Positions 9,898-24,149 of a stretch of 64,000 nucleotides of DNA are shown one piece after another. Location: positions 310,001 to 374,000 of the forward strand of contig OZ024742.1 in the NCBI GenBank assembly GCA_964016885.1. The letters are read 5' to 3'. The translations under genes and the position numbers were made by a program. This DNA is from Eledone cirrhosa. Its lineage: Eukaryota. Below the pieces are notes generated by a model that saw only the letters and a list, made by a program, of their open reading frames with translations, did no database searches and was not told where the DNA came from. Positions within the stretch are counted from its first letter, which is position 1, and every line of letters begins with the position of its first letter.

Positions 9898-12800
9898 CCA
9901 GAGACCCTCCCCTACGAGTGTCGACAAATGCCCAAAACTCCGAGTTGGTACCATCAATGTAGGCTCAATGAAAGGAAGAGCAGGAGAAATCGTAGAAATG
10001 CTAGAGCGAAAGGAAGTTGATGTATGCTGTGTGCAAGAGACTAGATGGAGAGGAGGGTCTGCTAGAGTCCTTGTAGGAAAAAGCCAGTGCTACAAATTTT
10101 TCTGGGTGGGAAATGACGATGGGATGGGTGGTGTAGGTATACTATTAGCTGACAAGTGGGTAGATAAAGTAATCTCAGTGTACAGGGTAAATGCAAGAAT
10201 CATTAAACTCAGACTAGTCCTGAATAAGACAATTACCACAATAATATCAGCTTACGCACCCCAATCGGGGCTGCCAGACGAACTTAAGGATAGGTTTTAC
10301 GAGTCCCTAATACACACTACTGCTCTAACAGACGACAAGGACTTCCTAATCATTGCAGGAGATTTTAACGGACACGTAGGTAAACACTGCGACGGCTTCA
10401 ATAGAGTACATGGAGGCCATGGAGTTGGCACAAGGAATGAGGAAGGATTCAGACTTCTAGAATTCTGCGACGCCAATGACATGTCGATATGTAACACAAA
10501 CTTTAAAAAACCCGACAACCACCTGATCACCTATAGATCAGGGGAGCACTCTAGTCAGTTAGATTTTATCCTCATCAGAGGACGTGACAGATGGACGGTC
10601 GTAAACACAAAAGCCTTCCCTAGTGAGGAATGTACATCCCAACATAGCTTAGTTGTCAGCGACCTCACGGTCAGAACTAGACGAGCCCTGAAACAGAGGC
10701 CAACCTGGAGAAGAAAGATCTGGAAGCTGAAAGTCCCCTCAACCAGTAACAGATTTAAAGATATTTTACTCAACGCCTACGACAGTAAAGAAGAACAGAT
10801 AGAGACATTTAACGTAGAAGAGAACTGGGAGTTCCTAAAAAATAACTTACTAGAGGCGACGGATGAGGTTTGTGGCTGGAGTAAGACCTCAAGCAGGAGG
10901 AGAGTGACTTGGTGGTGGAACAATAAGGTAGATGAAGCAGTCAAGGCCAAGAGACAGGCATGGAAAGAATGGAAGAACGGGGGGAGCAGGGTACATTACA
11001 TAGAGACCAAGAGGGAAGCTAGGCGACAAGTATACTTAGCTAGGAGGGAAGCAGAGGATAGAAAATTCAAGCATGTTTTACAACGTGAGGACCAGAAACA
11101 GGAGGTATTCAAGATTGCGAGGCAGTGTGTCAGAGATAGTTGTGATGTCATTGGAGAGAAGTGTATCCGGAATGATAAAGGTGAGCTTGCCCTCACAAGT
11201 GCTGAGAAGAAAGATGCATGGAAGAGTCATTATGATAGATTACTAAATGAGGAGAATGCATGGGAAGAAGAGACCCTACCCCACGTAGACCCTATAGAGG
11301 GACCAGCAGTACAAGTCAGCGGCAGCGTAGTAAGTAAGGCAATCAGAGATATGAAGATAGGGAAGGCAACCGGTCCATCGGGTATAGCTGCCGAGATGCT
11401 GAAGGCATCTGGGTCTGTAGGTCACACTATAACCACACGTATCGTTAACCAGGTAATACTAGAGGGGGCCATACCAAAAGATTGGTGCAGTAGCATCATT
11501 GTCAACTGCTACAAAGGTAAAGGCGATGCACTAGATAGAGGAAACTATAGAGGTATAAAGTTGATGGACCAGGTCATGAAAGTAACAGAAAGAGTTATAG
11601 CACAGCTGATTAGGGACCGGGTGAATATAGACGAGATGCAATTTGGGTTTGTTCCAGGGAAAGGCACCACTGATGCGCTCTTCCTTGTGAGGCAATTACA
11701 GGAAAAGTACCTAGCTAAAAGTAAGCCACTCTACTTGGCATTTGTCGACCTTGAGAAAGCCTTTGACAGAGTTCCACGTGCAGTAATCTGGTGGGCTCTT
11801 AGAAAACTAGGAGTAGATGAATGGCTTGTGAAAGCGGTACAAGCCATGTATAGGGGAGCAGTCAGCAAAGTTAGGATTGGCAATGAGTATAGCGAGGAAT
11901 TTAGCGTACAGGTTGGGGTCCACCAGGGCTCTGTTCTTAGCCCTCTCCTGTTCATCATAGTCCTGCAGGCAATAACGGAGGAGTTTAAGACCGGATGCCC
12001 ATGGGAACTCCTGTATGCTGATGACCTCGCACTCATAGCTGAATCTATGGTAGAACTAGAGAATAAATTCCAAACCTGGAAGCAGGGACTAGAGAGAAAG
12101 GGCCTCAAAGTCAACATGACAAAGACTAAGGTCCTTATAAGTAGACGAGAAAACAGAACCCAGATCCCCTCAGGGAAATGGCCTTGCTCAGTATGTAGGA
12201 AAGGTGTAGGTAGGAACTCCATTCTTTGCCCCAAATGCAAACAATGGGTACACAAGAGATGTAGCGGGATCTCAGGAAGCTTAATTAAGAATGTAGGATT
12301 CACATGCAGCAGCTGTGCTGAAACAGCAAGCAAACAGCCACAGGAAACAAGTACCACCAATCTCTGGGAGGGCCCTGTAGAAACAGTAGACAGCTTCTGC
12401 TACCTAGGTGACCGAATTAGCAACGGAGGTGGGTGCTCAGAAAGTACAATAACTAGGGTAAGAACGGGATGGAAGAAGTTTAGGGAACTACTACCACTGC
12501 TAGCTGCAAAAGGCTTCTCCCTCAGAATGAAAGGCAGACTGTATGATGCGTGTATCCGAACAGCGATGTTGCATGGTAGTGAGACCTGGGCGCTGAAGGT
12601 GGAAGACTTACGTAGATTAGAGAGAAACGAAGCCTGCATGCTCCGATGGATGTGTAACAGTAATATACGTGAACGACAAAGCATAAATGAATTGAGAGAG
12701 AGACTGAGCATAAGAGGAATCAAATGCTGCGTGCAGGAGAGGCGGTTACGCTGGTATGGACATGTGATGCGTATGAAGGATGACAGCTGCATAAAAAGGT

Positions 12801-13283
12801 GCAGAGCACTAGAAGTTGATGGAAACCGCGGAGTGGGGAGACCCAAGATGACTTGGGATGAGGTGATAAAAGCCGACCTTACCCAACTACACCTCTCAAA
12901 GTCAATGACACACGACCGTGACTTCTGGCGTCACGCAGTAATACAGGGTACCCGACCTCCCATGGGTACATGCTGAAGCATATAAACAATATGCCCCCCC
13001 CCCCCCCACCGCAAGGTGGTCGTGGAGGTGCCACGGCAAAAAAGCACCCAGCCCACACTGTAAAGTGGACGTGTAGGCGCCACGAAAAAGCACCCAGCAC
13101 TCACTGTAAATGAGGTTGGTGTTAGGAAGGGCATCCAGCTGTAGAAATCAAGCCAGATCAGTTCCTGTATGAGCAAGGCATGGTCAGCCGACCAGACACT
13201 GCCCACAACAGGACAACCCGTCTAACCCATGCTAGCGTGGAAGAACGGACGTAAAACGGTGATGATGATGATGATGATGATGA
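9898..13283 (+). mobile_element. RTE LINE family A, near full length, flanked by (TA)n
   Basis: Single long ORF with APE and RT, 3' UTR with internal duplication, (GAT)n tail. Confidence 0.95.
9899..12976 (+). CDS. RTE ORF: APE endonuclease + reverse transcriptase + PHD-like finger (true N-terminus lost or obscured in the microsatellite)
   Basis: [39 protein letters not shown] (APE); [39 protein letters not shown] (RT); no internal stop. Confidence 0.9.
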   Translation, partial: QRPSPTSVDKCPKLRVGTINVGSMKGRAGEIVEMLERKEVDVCCVQETRWRGGSARVLVGKSQCYKFFWVGNDDGMGGVGILLADKWVDKVISVYRVNARIIKLRLVLNKTITTIISAYAPQSGLPDELKDRFYESLIHTTALTDDKDFLIIAGDFNGHVGKHCDGFNRVHGGHGVGTRNEEGFRLLEFCDANDMSICNTNFKKPDNHLITYRSGEHSSQLDFILIRGRDRWTVVNTKAFPSEECTSQHSLVVSDLTVRTRRALKQRPTWRRKIWKLKVPSTSNRFKDILLNAYDSKEEQIETFNVEENWEFLKNNLLEATDEVCGWSKTSSRRRVTWWWNNKVDEAVKAKRQAWKEWKNGGSRVHYIETKREARRQVYLARREAEDRKFKHVLQREDQKQEVFKIARQCVRDSCDVIGEKCIRNDKGELALTSAEKKDAWKSHYDRLLNEENAWEEETLPHVDPIEGPAVQVSGSVVSKAIRDMKIGKATGPSGIAAEMLKASGSVGHTITTRIVNQVILEGAIPKDWCSSIIVNCYKGKGDALDRGNYRGIKLMDQVMKVTERVIAQLIRDRVNIDEMQFGFVPGKGTTDALFLVRQLQEKYLAKSKPLYLAFVDLEKAFDRVPRAVIWWALRKLGVDEWLVKAVQAMYRGAVSKVRIGNEYSEEFSVQVGVHQGSVLSPLLFIIVLQAITEEFKTGCPWELLYADDLALIAESMVELENKFQTWKQGLERKGLKVNMTKTKVLISRRENRTQIPSGKWPCSVCRKGVGRNSILCPKCKQWVHKRCSGISGSLIKNVGFTCSSCAETASKQPQETSTTNLWEGPVETVDSFCYLGDRISNGGGCSESTITRVRTGWKKFRELLPLLAAKGFSLRMKGRLYDACIRTAMLHGSETWALKVEDLRRLERNEACMLRWMCNSNIRERQSINELRERLSIRGIKCCVQERRLRWYGHVMRMKDDSCIKRCRALEVDGNRGVGRPKMTWDEVIKADLTQLHLSKSMTHDRDFWRHAVIQGTRPPMGTC

Positions 13284-13295
13284 TATATATATATG

Positions 13296-13326
<31 letters not shown>

Positions 13327-13343
13327 GTATATATGTATATATT

Positions 13344-13393
<50 letters not shown>

Positions 13394-13951
13394 ATAAATT
13401 TTACACTAGATAAACTTCTATAATAAATATAAGACCATCTGTAGATCAAATGGGTATCCTAAACTTTTGGAATGATTTCTGCTAGACAGGATTTGGTAAA
13501 TAATTTTGGTTTTGTTTGCTTTTGATTCTGATGCTTATAATGAACTTGGCAATATATTGTCAATTAATTTTGAAGGGTTGATCTCTGTGGTTGATTTTCG
13601 GGGCATACTGTGTTTTATTTTTAATATTTTTTAATTTTTTGATATTTTTATTGATATATTGATATCTGTTGTCTATTTATGCTTGAACGATAATCATGTA
13701 GAGTAAAGACAAGAATAGTATTGTTAAAATTAATGTAGATTCTATATATATTTGTGTGTATGTACACATATATGTATACTAGAATTTTTATAGCACAATG
13801 AGAATGTTTTCATGTGAAATAGGAATTTGCAGAGTTGATCACGTAAATTCACATGGAAGTCTATAGTATCGAATCTGGGATAACCTTCTATTTTCTTTTT
13901 CTTTTTTCAAGAAAGTGCATATATACTTATGTATTTCAATTTTTTTTTAAG

Positions 13952-14175
13952 TTTTTTATCTCAGTTTTTTATCTCAGTTTTTTATCTCAGTTTTTTATCT
14001 CAGTTTTTTATCTCAGTTTTTTATCTCAGTTTTTTATCTCAGTTTTTTATCTCAGTTTTTTATCTCAGTTTTTTATCTCAGTTTTTTATCTCAGTTTTTT
14101 ATCTCAGTTTTTTATCTCAGTTTTTTATCTCAGTTTTTTATCTCAGTTTTTTTATCTCATTTTTTTATCTCAGTT
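13952..14175. repeat. 13-bp tandem repeat (TTTTTTATCTCAG)n, ~17 copies
   Basis: Direct reading. Confidence 0.95.
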
Positions 14176-14793
14176 CTGATATAAACCTAGGAATTTTAAA
14201 CTAGACATATGATCATTATTTTTCACACATTATTGATACGTGTCTCATTCATGAATACTGATATTTACATTATAATACCTAATTCATACGAATTGATATT
14301 TTTACATTGATGAAACAATGTTTTAAATCTGCCTCGTTTATCTCTGGATATTTTTTCTTTTCTCTCTATGTAACGGCTGTTTTCTCTCCTAACCACATAT
14401 ATCTCTCTCTACCTTAATACTAGAACTAAATAAATAAATAAATAAATAAATATATCATTGATACGTCATTCAACTGGTGCCCAACTACCTATTTTCTTTC
14501 TCTCTATCTATCTCTCTCTATTTTTTCTCTCTCTCTCTCTTCTCTCTCTATCTATCTCCCCCTGTGTTTTTTCTCTCTCTATCTATCTCTCTCTGTTTCT
14601 TTACATGAATTTCTTCTCTATATCTATCTCTCTCTGTTTAGTTGCATGCATTTCTTCTTTTTCTTCGCTTTTTTTTTCTTTCTTTCTTTTTATAACTGTC
14701 CCTAACATTTTTCACTACCAAATCAACTTTTTAAATGGAAGTTGAAGTTGTAAGGTATGTCAAATCTATCTATTTATAAGACTGTTTATATTG

Positions 14794-14859
14794 TATTTTG
14801 TCTGAAGAAGGCATACCATATTTTTAATATGATATCCCTGAAATATATATAATGAAATA
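14794..14859 (+). ncRNA. Type I hammerhead ribozyme
   Basis: Stem I TATTTTGT/ATGAAATA (with GU pairs); CTGAAGA(14802-14808); stem II AGG..CATATT/AATATG..CCT; GAAA(14840-14843); TATATA stem III; ATA triplet; AATAAA at 14856. Confidence 0.75.
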
Positions 14860-14987
14860 AATATGGTTTTATAAATATAGTTTCTATTTATTTAATATCG
14901 TAAATATACTCCAAATACTTGTTGAGTGCTTTTATATCAGTTATAAATATTTACTCGTTGTAACCCAACAATTTAAATAAAACTTTG

Positions 14988-16522
<1,535 letters not shown>

Positions 16523-16862
16523 ATCATCATCATCATCATTTTTTATGTCCGCTTTTCCCTGCTTGCAAGGGTGGGACAGGAACTGATTCTGGCTTGATTT
16601 CTACAGCTGGATGCCCTTCCTAACACCAACCTCATTTACAGTGAGTGCTGGGTGATTTTTTGCCGTGGCACCTCCACGACCACTTTGCAGTGGAATGATA
16701 TGGACCCCGACCCTATCATCTCATTTCTACAGCTGAGTAAACTGGAGCAATGTGAAATAAAGTATCTTGCTCAAGGAAACAACACATCGCCCGGTCTGAG
16801 AATTGAACTCACAACCTTTCGATTGCAAGCCCAATGCTCTAACCACTAAGCCATGTGCCTCC
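16523..16862 (-). mobile_element. tRNA-derived SINE with RTE-A-related 3' half
   Basis: Minus strand GGAGGCACA-TGGCTTAGTGG (A box)...GAGTTCAATTC (B box); 3' part matches RTE-A UTR 13008-13168; (GAT)n tail. Confidence 0.9.
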
Positions 16863-16879
16863 ATTATGTATATATGTAT

Positions 16880-16924
<45 letters not shown>

Positions 16925-16937
16925 TATGTATGTATAT

Positions 16938-18196
16938 ATCATCATCATCAACGTTTAACGTCCGTGTTCCACGCTTGCATGGGTTTGGACGGGGGTAGTC
17001 CCACTTGAGGCAAGAGTGATTGTCTTGCTCGCATAGGACTGTCTGGCAGGTTTTCTACAGTTGGATGCCCTTCCTAACACCAACCACATTTACAGTGTGG
17101 GTCTGGGAGGTTTTTACCGTGTTGCCTACACGGCCACATTACAGCGTGGACTGTGTGTTTTTTTGTCGTGACACCTACACGATCTCATTTGTTTCGGCCT
17201 GGATGGCGCGGCACCAACATAACTTTACATAGAACGGGGTGGTGTGGATGGGGTGGGGGTGGTGGCGGGACGGGGTGTATTTTGTTAGAGATGCCTACTG
17301 GCAAGGCGGATCTTCTCTGTTACTGAGTACCGCCAAAGGTCTCGGTCCAGTGACATTGTCTTGGAGAGGTGTAAGTGTGTGAGGTCGGAGTTTATCAGCT
17401 TGTCCCAGGTTTTTCTAGGTCTGCCTATTCCGTGGCTACCGTCTATCTTTATTGCCCTGCACTTTGTTATACAGCTATCGACTTTCATGCGCATCACGTG
17501 TCCATACCAACGCAGCCTTCTCTCGAGTAAACAACATCTGATCCCTCTTATCTCTAATTTTTTCCTTAGTTCGTTTATGCTTTGCCGTTCACGTATATTA
17601 CTGTTACACATCCAGCGGAGCATGCAAGCTTCGTTCCTCTCTAGTCTGCGTATATCCTCTGCACACAATGCCCAGGTCTCACTGCCATGCAACATTGCTG
17701 TTCGTATGCAGGCATCGTACAACCTGCCTTTCATTTTTAGGGAGAACCCTTTAGCAGCTAATAGTGGTATAAGCTCTCTGAACTTTTTCCAACCAGTTCT
17801 GACTCTAGCTACAGTACTTTCAGAGCACCCTCCCCCACTGCTGATTTTATCGCCCAGGTAACGGAAGCTGTCCACTATTTCTATAGAACCCTCTGCGCAG
17901 TTGAAAGAGCTAGTATTTTGTGGGCACTTGCTGCTACTTATTGCACCAGAACACCGGCCACATGTAAAATCTATGTTCTTAGTTAGCTTACCTGTGATCT
18001 CACTACATCTTTTATGCACCCATACTTTGCATTTAGGACATAAAATGGAGTTTCTACCTACGCCTTTCCTACACACCGAGCACGACCATTTCCCAGAAGG
18101 GACCGCCGCCTTGTTTTCTTTCCTACAAACTAGAACTTTGGTCTTAGCCAGGTTAATTTTAAGTCCTTTTGACTCTAGGCCGTGCTTCCATGTTTG
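16938..18196 (-). mobile_element. RTE LINE family B, 5'-truncated
   Basis: Near-identical to 8440-9744, with a small deletion near the stop codon. Confidence 0.9.
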
Positions 18197-18226
18197 TATA
18201 TATGTATATATATATATATATGTATG

Positions 18227-18257
<31 letters not shown>

Positions 18258-18276
18258 ATATATATATATATGTATG

Positions 18277-18308
<32 letters not shown>

Positions 18309-21264
18309 TATAGTATTAAGGATACTATTTATGGTTATGTATATACTAAAACCTATTATAGTTATATATATTTTAAACCCTAAACAGTGAAAGACAGTAA
18401 TTTATTACCACCTTATTACCAGTAAGATAAATAGCTCAATGTAATAACATCAGTTGTTCTACAGAGCAGTTATATAGAAATCACATGAATCAAAGTTCTG
18501 TTCAAACCATTTATTAGTTTACAATTGTTTCTTCCAAACCGAGGTTTGAGTCTTCGGAGCAATTTTTCAATGATTGTTTACATACATGACCTCCTTTCCA
18601 ACACAAGAGACATACAGAAACATATGTATATATTGATGCACAGTGGGTTGACATCCATTATAATATTTTAGCATGGCAGTTTACATTCAAAAATTAAAAT
18701 CATATTAAAAGAAAATTAAAACAAAATTAAAGTACTATACATCCATACATATATATATATATATGTATGTATGGATGTGTGTAGACATACTGGCCTAACT
18801 ACACACACACACACAGACACACACACACTGCCAGTTATCTTTCACTTTACATCTGACAAACAAACCTTATAACAACCCCACCCCAAAGGCAGGATTATCA
18901 GCAGCAGCTTAGATTCTCATTAATTCCACTAAATTGGTGGGTTAGGTTCTAGAAAATCTATATTGAACCATGAAAGATAGAGCAATTTATTGAAAATATA
19001 ATGAGAGGGGGGGGGGGGGGGTCAGAGAGAGAGAGAGAGAGGGGGGAGAGAAGTGAGAGAGGGAGGGATATGTTGTAGAACCTAATATCTAAATTAGTAG
19101 TGCATTAACAGTGTTTTGTTTTAATGCTATACTCTATACTAACAATGAAGAGTTTAGCAAATACTGTATGTAAACAACAAAACAAGCAGGTTAACCCTTA
19201 TGTTATCACCTGAAACTGAGCCTCCATTCTACAACAACTGGTTATTTTAATGTGTTTATCACTATCATCACCAGCATCATTATATTACATCCACTTTACA
19301 TACTGGCATGGGTTAGACGAGTTGTTATTGTCCATGATTGACTGGTCAGAAAAGCACATTTAGTTCATATGTTCCATATTTGGCATGACCTCTATGGTTG
19401 GCAGTCCTTTCCAATGCCAACAACTTAACAGAGTACACTGGGTGTATTTTATTGTAGCACCAACAATATCACTTTACAGAGTTAATATTCTTATTCTGGT
19501 GGCTGTGATCAAGCTGAAATATGATCAAAGCCAGTCCAGTCATGATCATCTTTTCTTATTTTCAGTCATAGTCTATCTAGGACTACATTATTCAATGTAT
19601 CTGTCCTAATCTAATATTTATGTTACTATATTTCTAATAAAATACAGTCTATGGCCCACTCAGTACTTCATATTTATCCTTATGTCCAGTTATTCAACTG
19701 ACCATGTAATGTAAACACACTTTACTCATCTAAATATTAAATACCAAACCACCTGAGGCTGCCTCTGGTTCTCTGACAGAGCTGTTTATTTAAAACAACC
19801 CCCCACTAAACTTTGTGAAGTGGTTGGTGATAGTTAAAGCAACCAGTTGTAGAAAACCTTCCAAATAAAGGATCAGAAGACTCTTCAGCTCTACCAAAGA
19901 CATGACAATCTCCCAAATGTTGGTGCCACAATAATATATATTTGGTAGAGCGTAGGATTATTTCTCAGGCCCTGGGCCCACATTGAGGTGAGAGGTTCCA
20001 CTTCAGTATTGGTCAATAACAACATGTCCAACTCTTGCTAGTAGAGAAAACAGAAGCTTTATGACAACAATGATGATGTTTATCTAAACATTTCCCATCA
20101 CAGTTTTATATAAGTGTCTTTAAATTATGTTCCCCAACACTAAATAATAAGTTATATTACCACATCCCACCAGATACCTGTTGACTTTCATAATTCATTG
20201 AAAACAAAAACATTGCCTTTTGTCAGAAATCTATATAGTACCAAATCAATCGACCTAAAAATCATAGTAATCTATCAATCAACCAGATTTACAGCTGATA
20301 ATCTCATGAATCTCCCATCAAATGAAACTAGGACTGCTACAAAGTACATATTAGTACATATAGTGAATTTATCATATTATTCTCATAATAAACAGCTAAC
20401 AAATTGTTGATGTGAAGAAGAGAAAATATATAAGAAAATCTACAAACTGTAGGAAAAGATGGTCACACACAAATACTAATGGCTAGAATAGTAAATACTA
20501 ATTAATAGATTGTTTTAAAAAAAACTAATCATATTAATATATAAAGGTGAATAGGTGCAAATATCGGTGTGTAGTTAGAAAGTTTCCTTCACAACTAGAG
20601 TGGCACTTTGGGCAAGTGTCTTCTATTCTACTATGGGTCCAGACTGACCAATACCTTATGAATGAATCTGGCAGATGGTAACTGCACAGAAGCCCATCAT
20701 TTATTATAAATAAGAAAGTGTTTGAATAGAATATTTAATGTAATGCTATCATAGTGTTGTACTATATGTAGTATCATTACTAGAGGACAGATTGTTGTGA
20801 AAGTTTGCAGTATGAGAGTAAAGACTTCATTTTTTAATGTGATGTAGTCATGGTGTTGTTTTGTACTAAATATAATGTTGTTACTACTGGACAGATTGTT
20901 GTGAAAATTTGCAATAAACTAAATAATTGAATGTGATGCAGTCATAGTGTTGTTTTACTTTTGAAAGAATGTCTTGCTAATGTGGTTTCATGTGGCATAG
21001 CATCTTTAAGAGTTAATAAACTTGTGCAAGGTCAGATAACTGTAATTAGTCAAATATAACTGACACTTCAGGTAAATTATTTCAGAACTCTGAATTAGAA
21101 GAAATTTCTAGAATCTATTTGATTGTTTATTTCTTTGGCAGATTCTTATGAAGCTTAACTTGAACCATCTTATGACTTAGATATGACAATTCTGAGTCTT
21201 AACATATTCACACCGATTGAAGAGTGTCAACAGCTTTGGACAGCAATTAAACTAAAGAAGTACC

Positions 21265-21412
21265 AGGCAGTGAATTGGTAGAATCATTAGAATGTCAAAT
21301 AGAATGTTTTGTGATATTCATTTTAGCTTTCTGTTCAAATCTCACCAAGATCAACTTTGCCTTTCATCCATTTGAGGTTGATAAAAAAGTACCAGTCAAG
21401 TACTGAGGTCAA
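21265..21412 (+). mobile_element. Degenerate tRNA-derived SINE (second family)
   Basis: GGCAGTGAATTGGTAGAATC...GTTCAAATC...ACTTTGCCTTTCATCC...GATAAA..GTACCAGT; related copies at ~23000-23290(-), ~25400-25710(-), ~55456-55595(+), ~61315-61410(-). Confidence 0.7.
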
Positions 21413-22112
21413 TTCTTCCTCTATATCTCTTTCTCTTTTCCTCTCTCTCACTTCCTATTCTTCTCTGGAAGAAATCTACTCTATTCGACCTGGAGAGGAG
21501 ATGGGCTCCACCAGGTTTAAACGATGACCTAGACACGCTGTAGGTCAATATGACACCCTTACAACTCCCTCAGGAGTTACGAGACCATACATGCATGCTT
21601 CCAAAATACAGTGAAATCAAGTTGTATTCATTTTAGCCACTAATAAACCCAAACAAATATAGTCACTGCTACCAGGAAAATATGACACTAATCAGAGAAC
21701 ACTTTCTAGAATCTACTGGTTTGCAAAAATTGTAATTGAATCAATGTTTTAGAAGTACCTGAAAATTGTTAGCATCTTTTGGGAACAATTTATCCCAAAT
21801 ATAGGGAATTCCTGTAATATTGCTATCATGTATTGTTATTGTTTACTCTGTGTGTGTGTGTGTGTGTGAGTGTGACCACTCATTGTTTAAAAGATAGTCC
21901 ACCTCGTGGCCCCAGCAGACAGGATGGAGAAGACTCTCAGAGGATGGTAAGGAACACTGGAACAGCAACTCCTCTTCACTTGAGGGTAGCTAACCTCACC
22001 ACAATAGTAGTGAGTAGGAATGTGGTCCAGAGTGGCCACAAGCACCAAACATCTGCCACAGGTCTATCACAAACCTATCAGAGAGTGGCTGATACTTAGA
22101 CATTACCCATTT

Positions 22113-22209
22113 TGGCCTGGCCTGGCAAATAGTAAGACCTGGCCTGGCAAATAGTAAAGCCTGGCCTGGCAAATAGTAAAGCCTGGCCTGGCAAATAGTA
22201 CGGCCTGGA
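22113..22209. repeat. ~22-bp tandem repeat (GGCCTGGCAAATAGTAAAGCCT), ~4 copies
   Basis: Direct reading. Confidence 0.85.
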
Positions 22210-22884
22210 AGCCAAACACACCAGATTACTGCTGGAAAAGTTGATTATATTTATTTTAGGTACTAACAAACCCAGGTAAGGCCAAGTAATGCTATAAGTA
22301 AAATACATTATTTCTTAAATTTGAAATGTGAGCATCCCAAAGCAGAAATAACTGAAATAACAGTAGATCACAATAACTAATAGTTGAGAAAATCAGGTAA
22401 AATATCCCGAGAGACGCTCACATTTCAAATTTAAAATATACCCAATGCTTTCTGAGTCAAAATTTTTGTTACCAATTATCATATTTAATTAATTATTATA
22501 TTTAATTATTTCAGAATCCTGAATTGGAAGAGATATTTCTAGAATCTATTTTAAAAAGTTACAAATAAAGATGAAGAAAAAAAAAAGAAACAAACAACAA
22601 TAACAACAATAAACATTAAATAATTACCAATTGATAAGTAATTAACAGAGATAATAAACAAAGACTTACTTGCAGCTTATGTAATTAAAAAAAACAAACT
22701 ATTTGGTCAGAAATGGTTCATTGAAATATGAAGTGAGACACCTGGGTAGACAAGGTTCGGTGAGAGTAGACGTTACTTCCAAATGTTAAGGTATTACTAC
22801 AGCTCTCAGAATACATAGAGAGCAGTGTAGTGTGCAGTAGTAGGGTGCCTCCAAAGATTCTCTTAGATACACAGATAAATAGAT

Positions 22885-22932
22885 TTATAAGGAGTGCGCT
22901 ATTCTCTCCAGTTCTGCCACAGATTCAAGAAT
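22885..22932 (-). CDS. Putative terminal coding exon of an unidentified host gene (ILESVAELERIAHSL*)
   Basis: Minus-strand acceptor TTTTTCTCACACCTAG followed by a phase-0 amphipathic-helix-like peptide and TAA; followed by ~4 kb of largely TE-poor sequence compatible with a 3' UTR. Confidence 0.45.
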   Translation of the reverse strand: MLESVAELERIAHSL

Positions 22933-22994
22933 CTAGGTGTGAGAAAAATATATAATAATATTAAATAATAATAACAACAATAATAATAATAATT

Positions 22995-23295
22995 ATTTCT
23001 ACTTTTGGCACAAGGCCAGCAATTACCCAGTACATTACTGGTACTTTATTTTATCGACCCCGTAAGGATGAAAGGCAAAGTTGACTAATAATGGTTTCCG
23101 ATATAGACACAAGGCCAACAATCTTTAGGGGAGGGGAGAGTTGATTAAATCGACCCCAGTGTGTTACTGGTACTTTATTTTATCGACCCCATAAGCCTGA
23201 AAACCAAAGCTAACCTTGGCGAGATTTGAACTGAAAACGTAAAGGGACATAACTATGCTGCAAGTTGTCTAACGCTCTACCAACACTACTGCCCT
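22995..23295 (-). mobile_element. Degenerate SINE fragments (second family), partly duplicated
   Basis: CCCAGT..TTACTGGTACTTTATTTTATCGACCCC..GATGAAAGGCAAAGTTGAC..GATTTGAACT. Confidence 0.7.
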
Positions 23296-23332
23296 TAATA
23301 GTGATGTAGTTTCTACTTTAGGAACAAGAACA

Positions 23333-23870
23333 GCACACACACACACACACACTACAGGCACACACACACACACACACACACTACATACAGACACACACAC
23401 ACCTACATACAGACAGAGACACACATCTACATACACACACATGCACACATCTACATACACACACACTTCTACATACAGACACACACACACTTCTACATAC
23501 AGACACACACACACTTCACACATCTACTTACACACACCCACTTCTACATACACACACACTTCTACAGACACACACACACTTCTACAGACACACACACACT
23601 TCTACAGACACACACACACTTCTACAGACACACACACATACACTTCTACAGACACACACACATACACTTCTACAGACATACACACACTTCTACAGACACA
23701 CACACTTCTACAGACATACACACACACTTCTACAGACATACACACATACTTCTACATAGACATGTACACACACTTCTACATAGACATGTACACACACTTC
23801 TACATACATAGACACACTTCTACATACATAGACACACTTCTACATACATAGACACACTTCTACATACATA

Positions 23871-23907
<37 letters not shown>

Positions 23908-24062
23908 TTCTACATATATATCACCACCCTCCCCACCTGTTCATTACACACCCTCACCACCACTACACAATATATCACCACCCTCACCACCACTACACAA
24001 TATATCACCACCCTCACCACCACTACACAATATATCACCACCCTCACTACCCACTACACAAT
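23333..24062. repeat. CA-rich minisatellite (CACTTCTACAGACA)n followed by a 30-bp tandem repeat
   Basis: Direct reading. Confidence 0.9.
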
Positions 24063-24149
24063 AGATCAATTTAGTGTGACCCACTAAATAGCAATACTGC
24101 TAAAGATCAGACAATAAAACAAGAATCAAAAGTAAAATTGAACTCAGAG

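Noticed and set aside
9719-9898. N-terminal extension of the 1085-aa ORF
   Set aside because: Read-through of the antisense RTE-B end and the TA microsatellite, not part of the LINE protein
11731-12846. Antisense ORFs over RT regions (also 56915-58030, 63140-63955, 8898-9398)
   Set aside because: Shadow frames of LINE coding sequence
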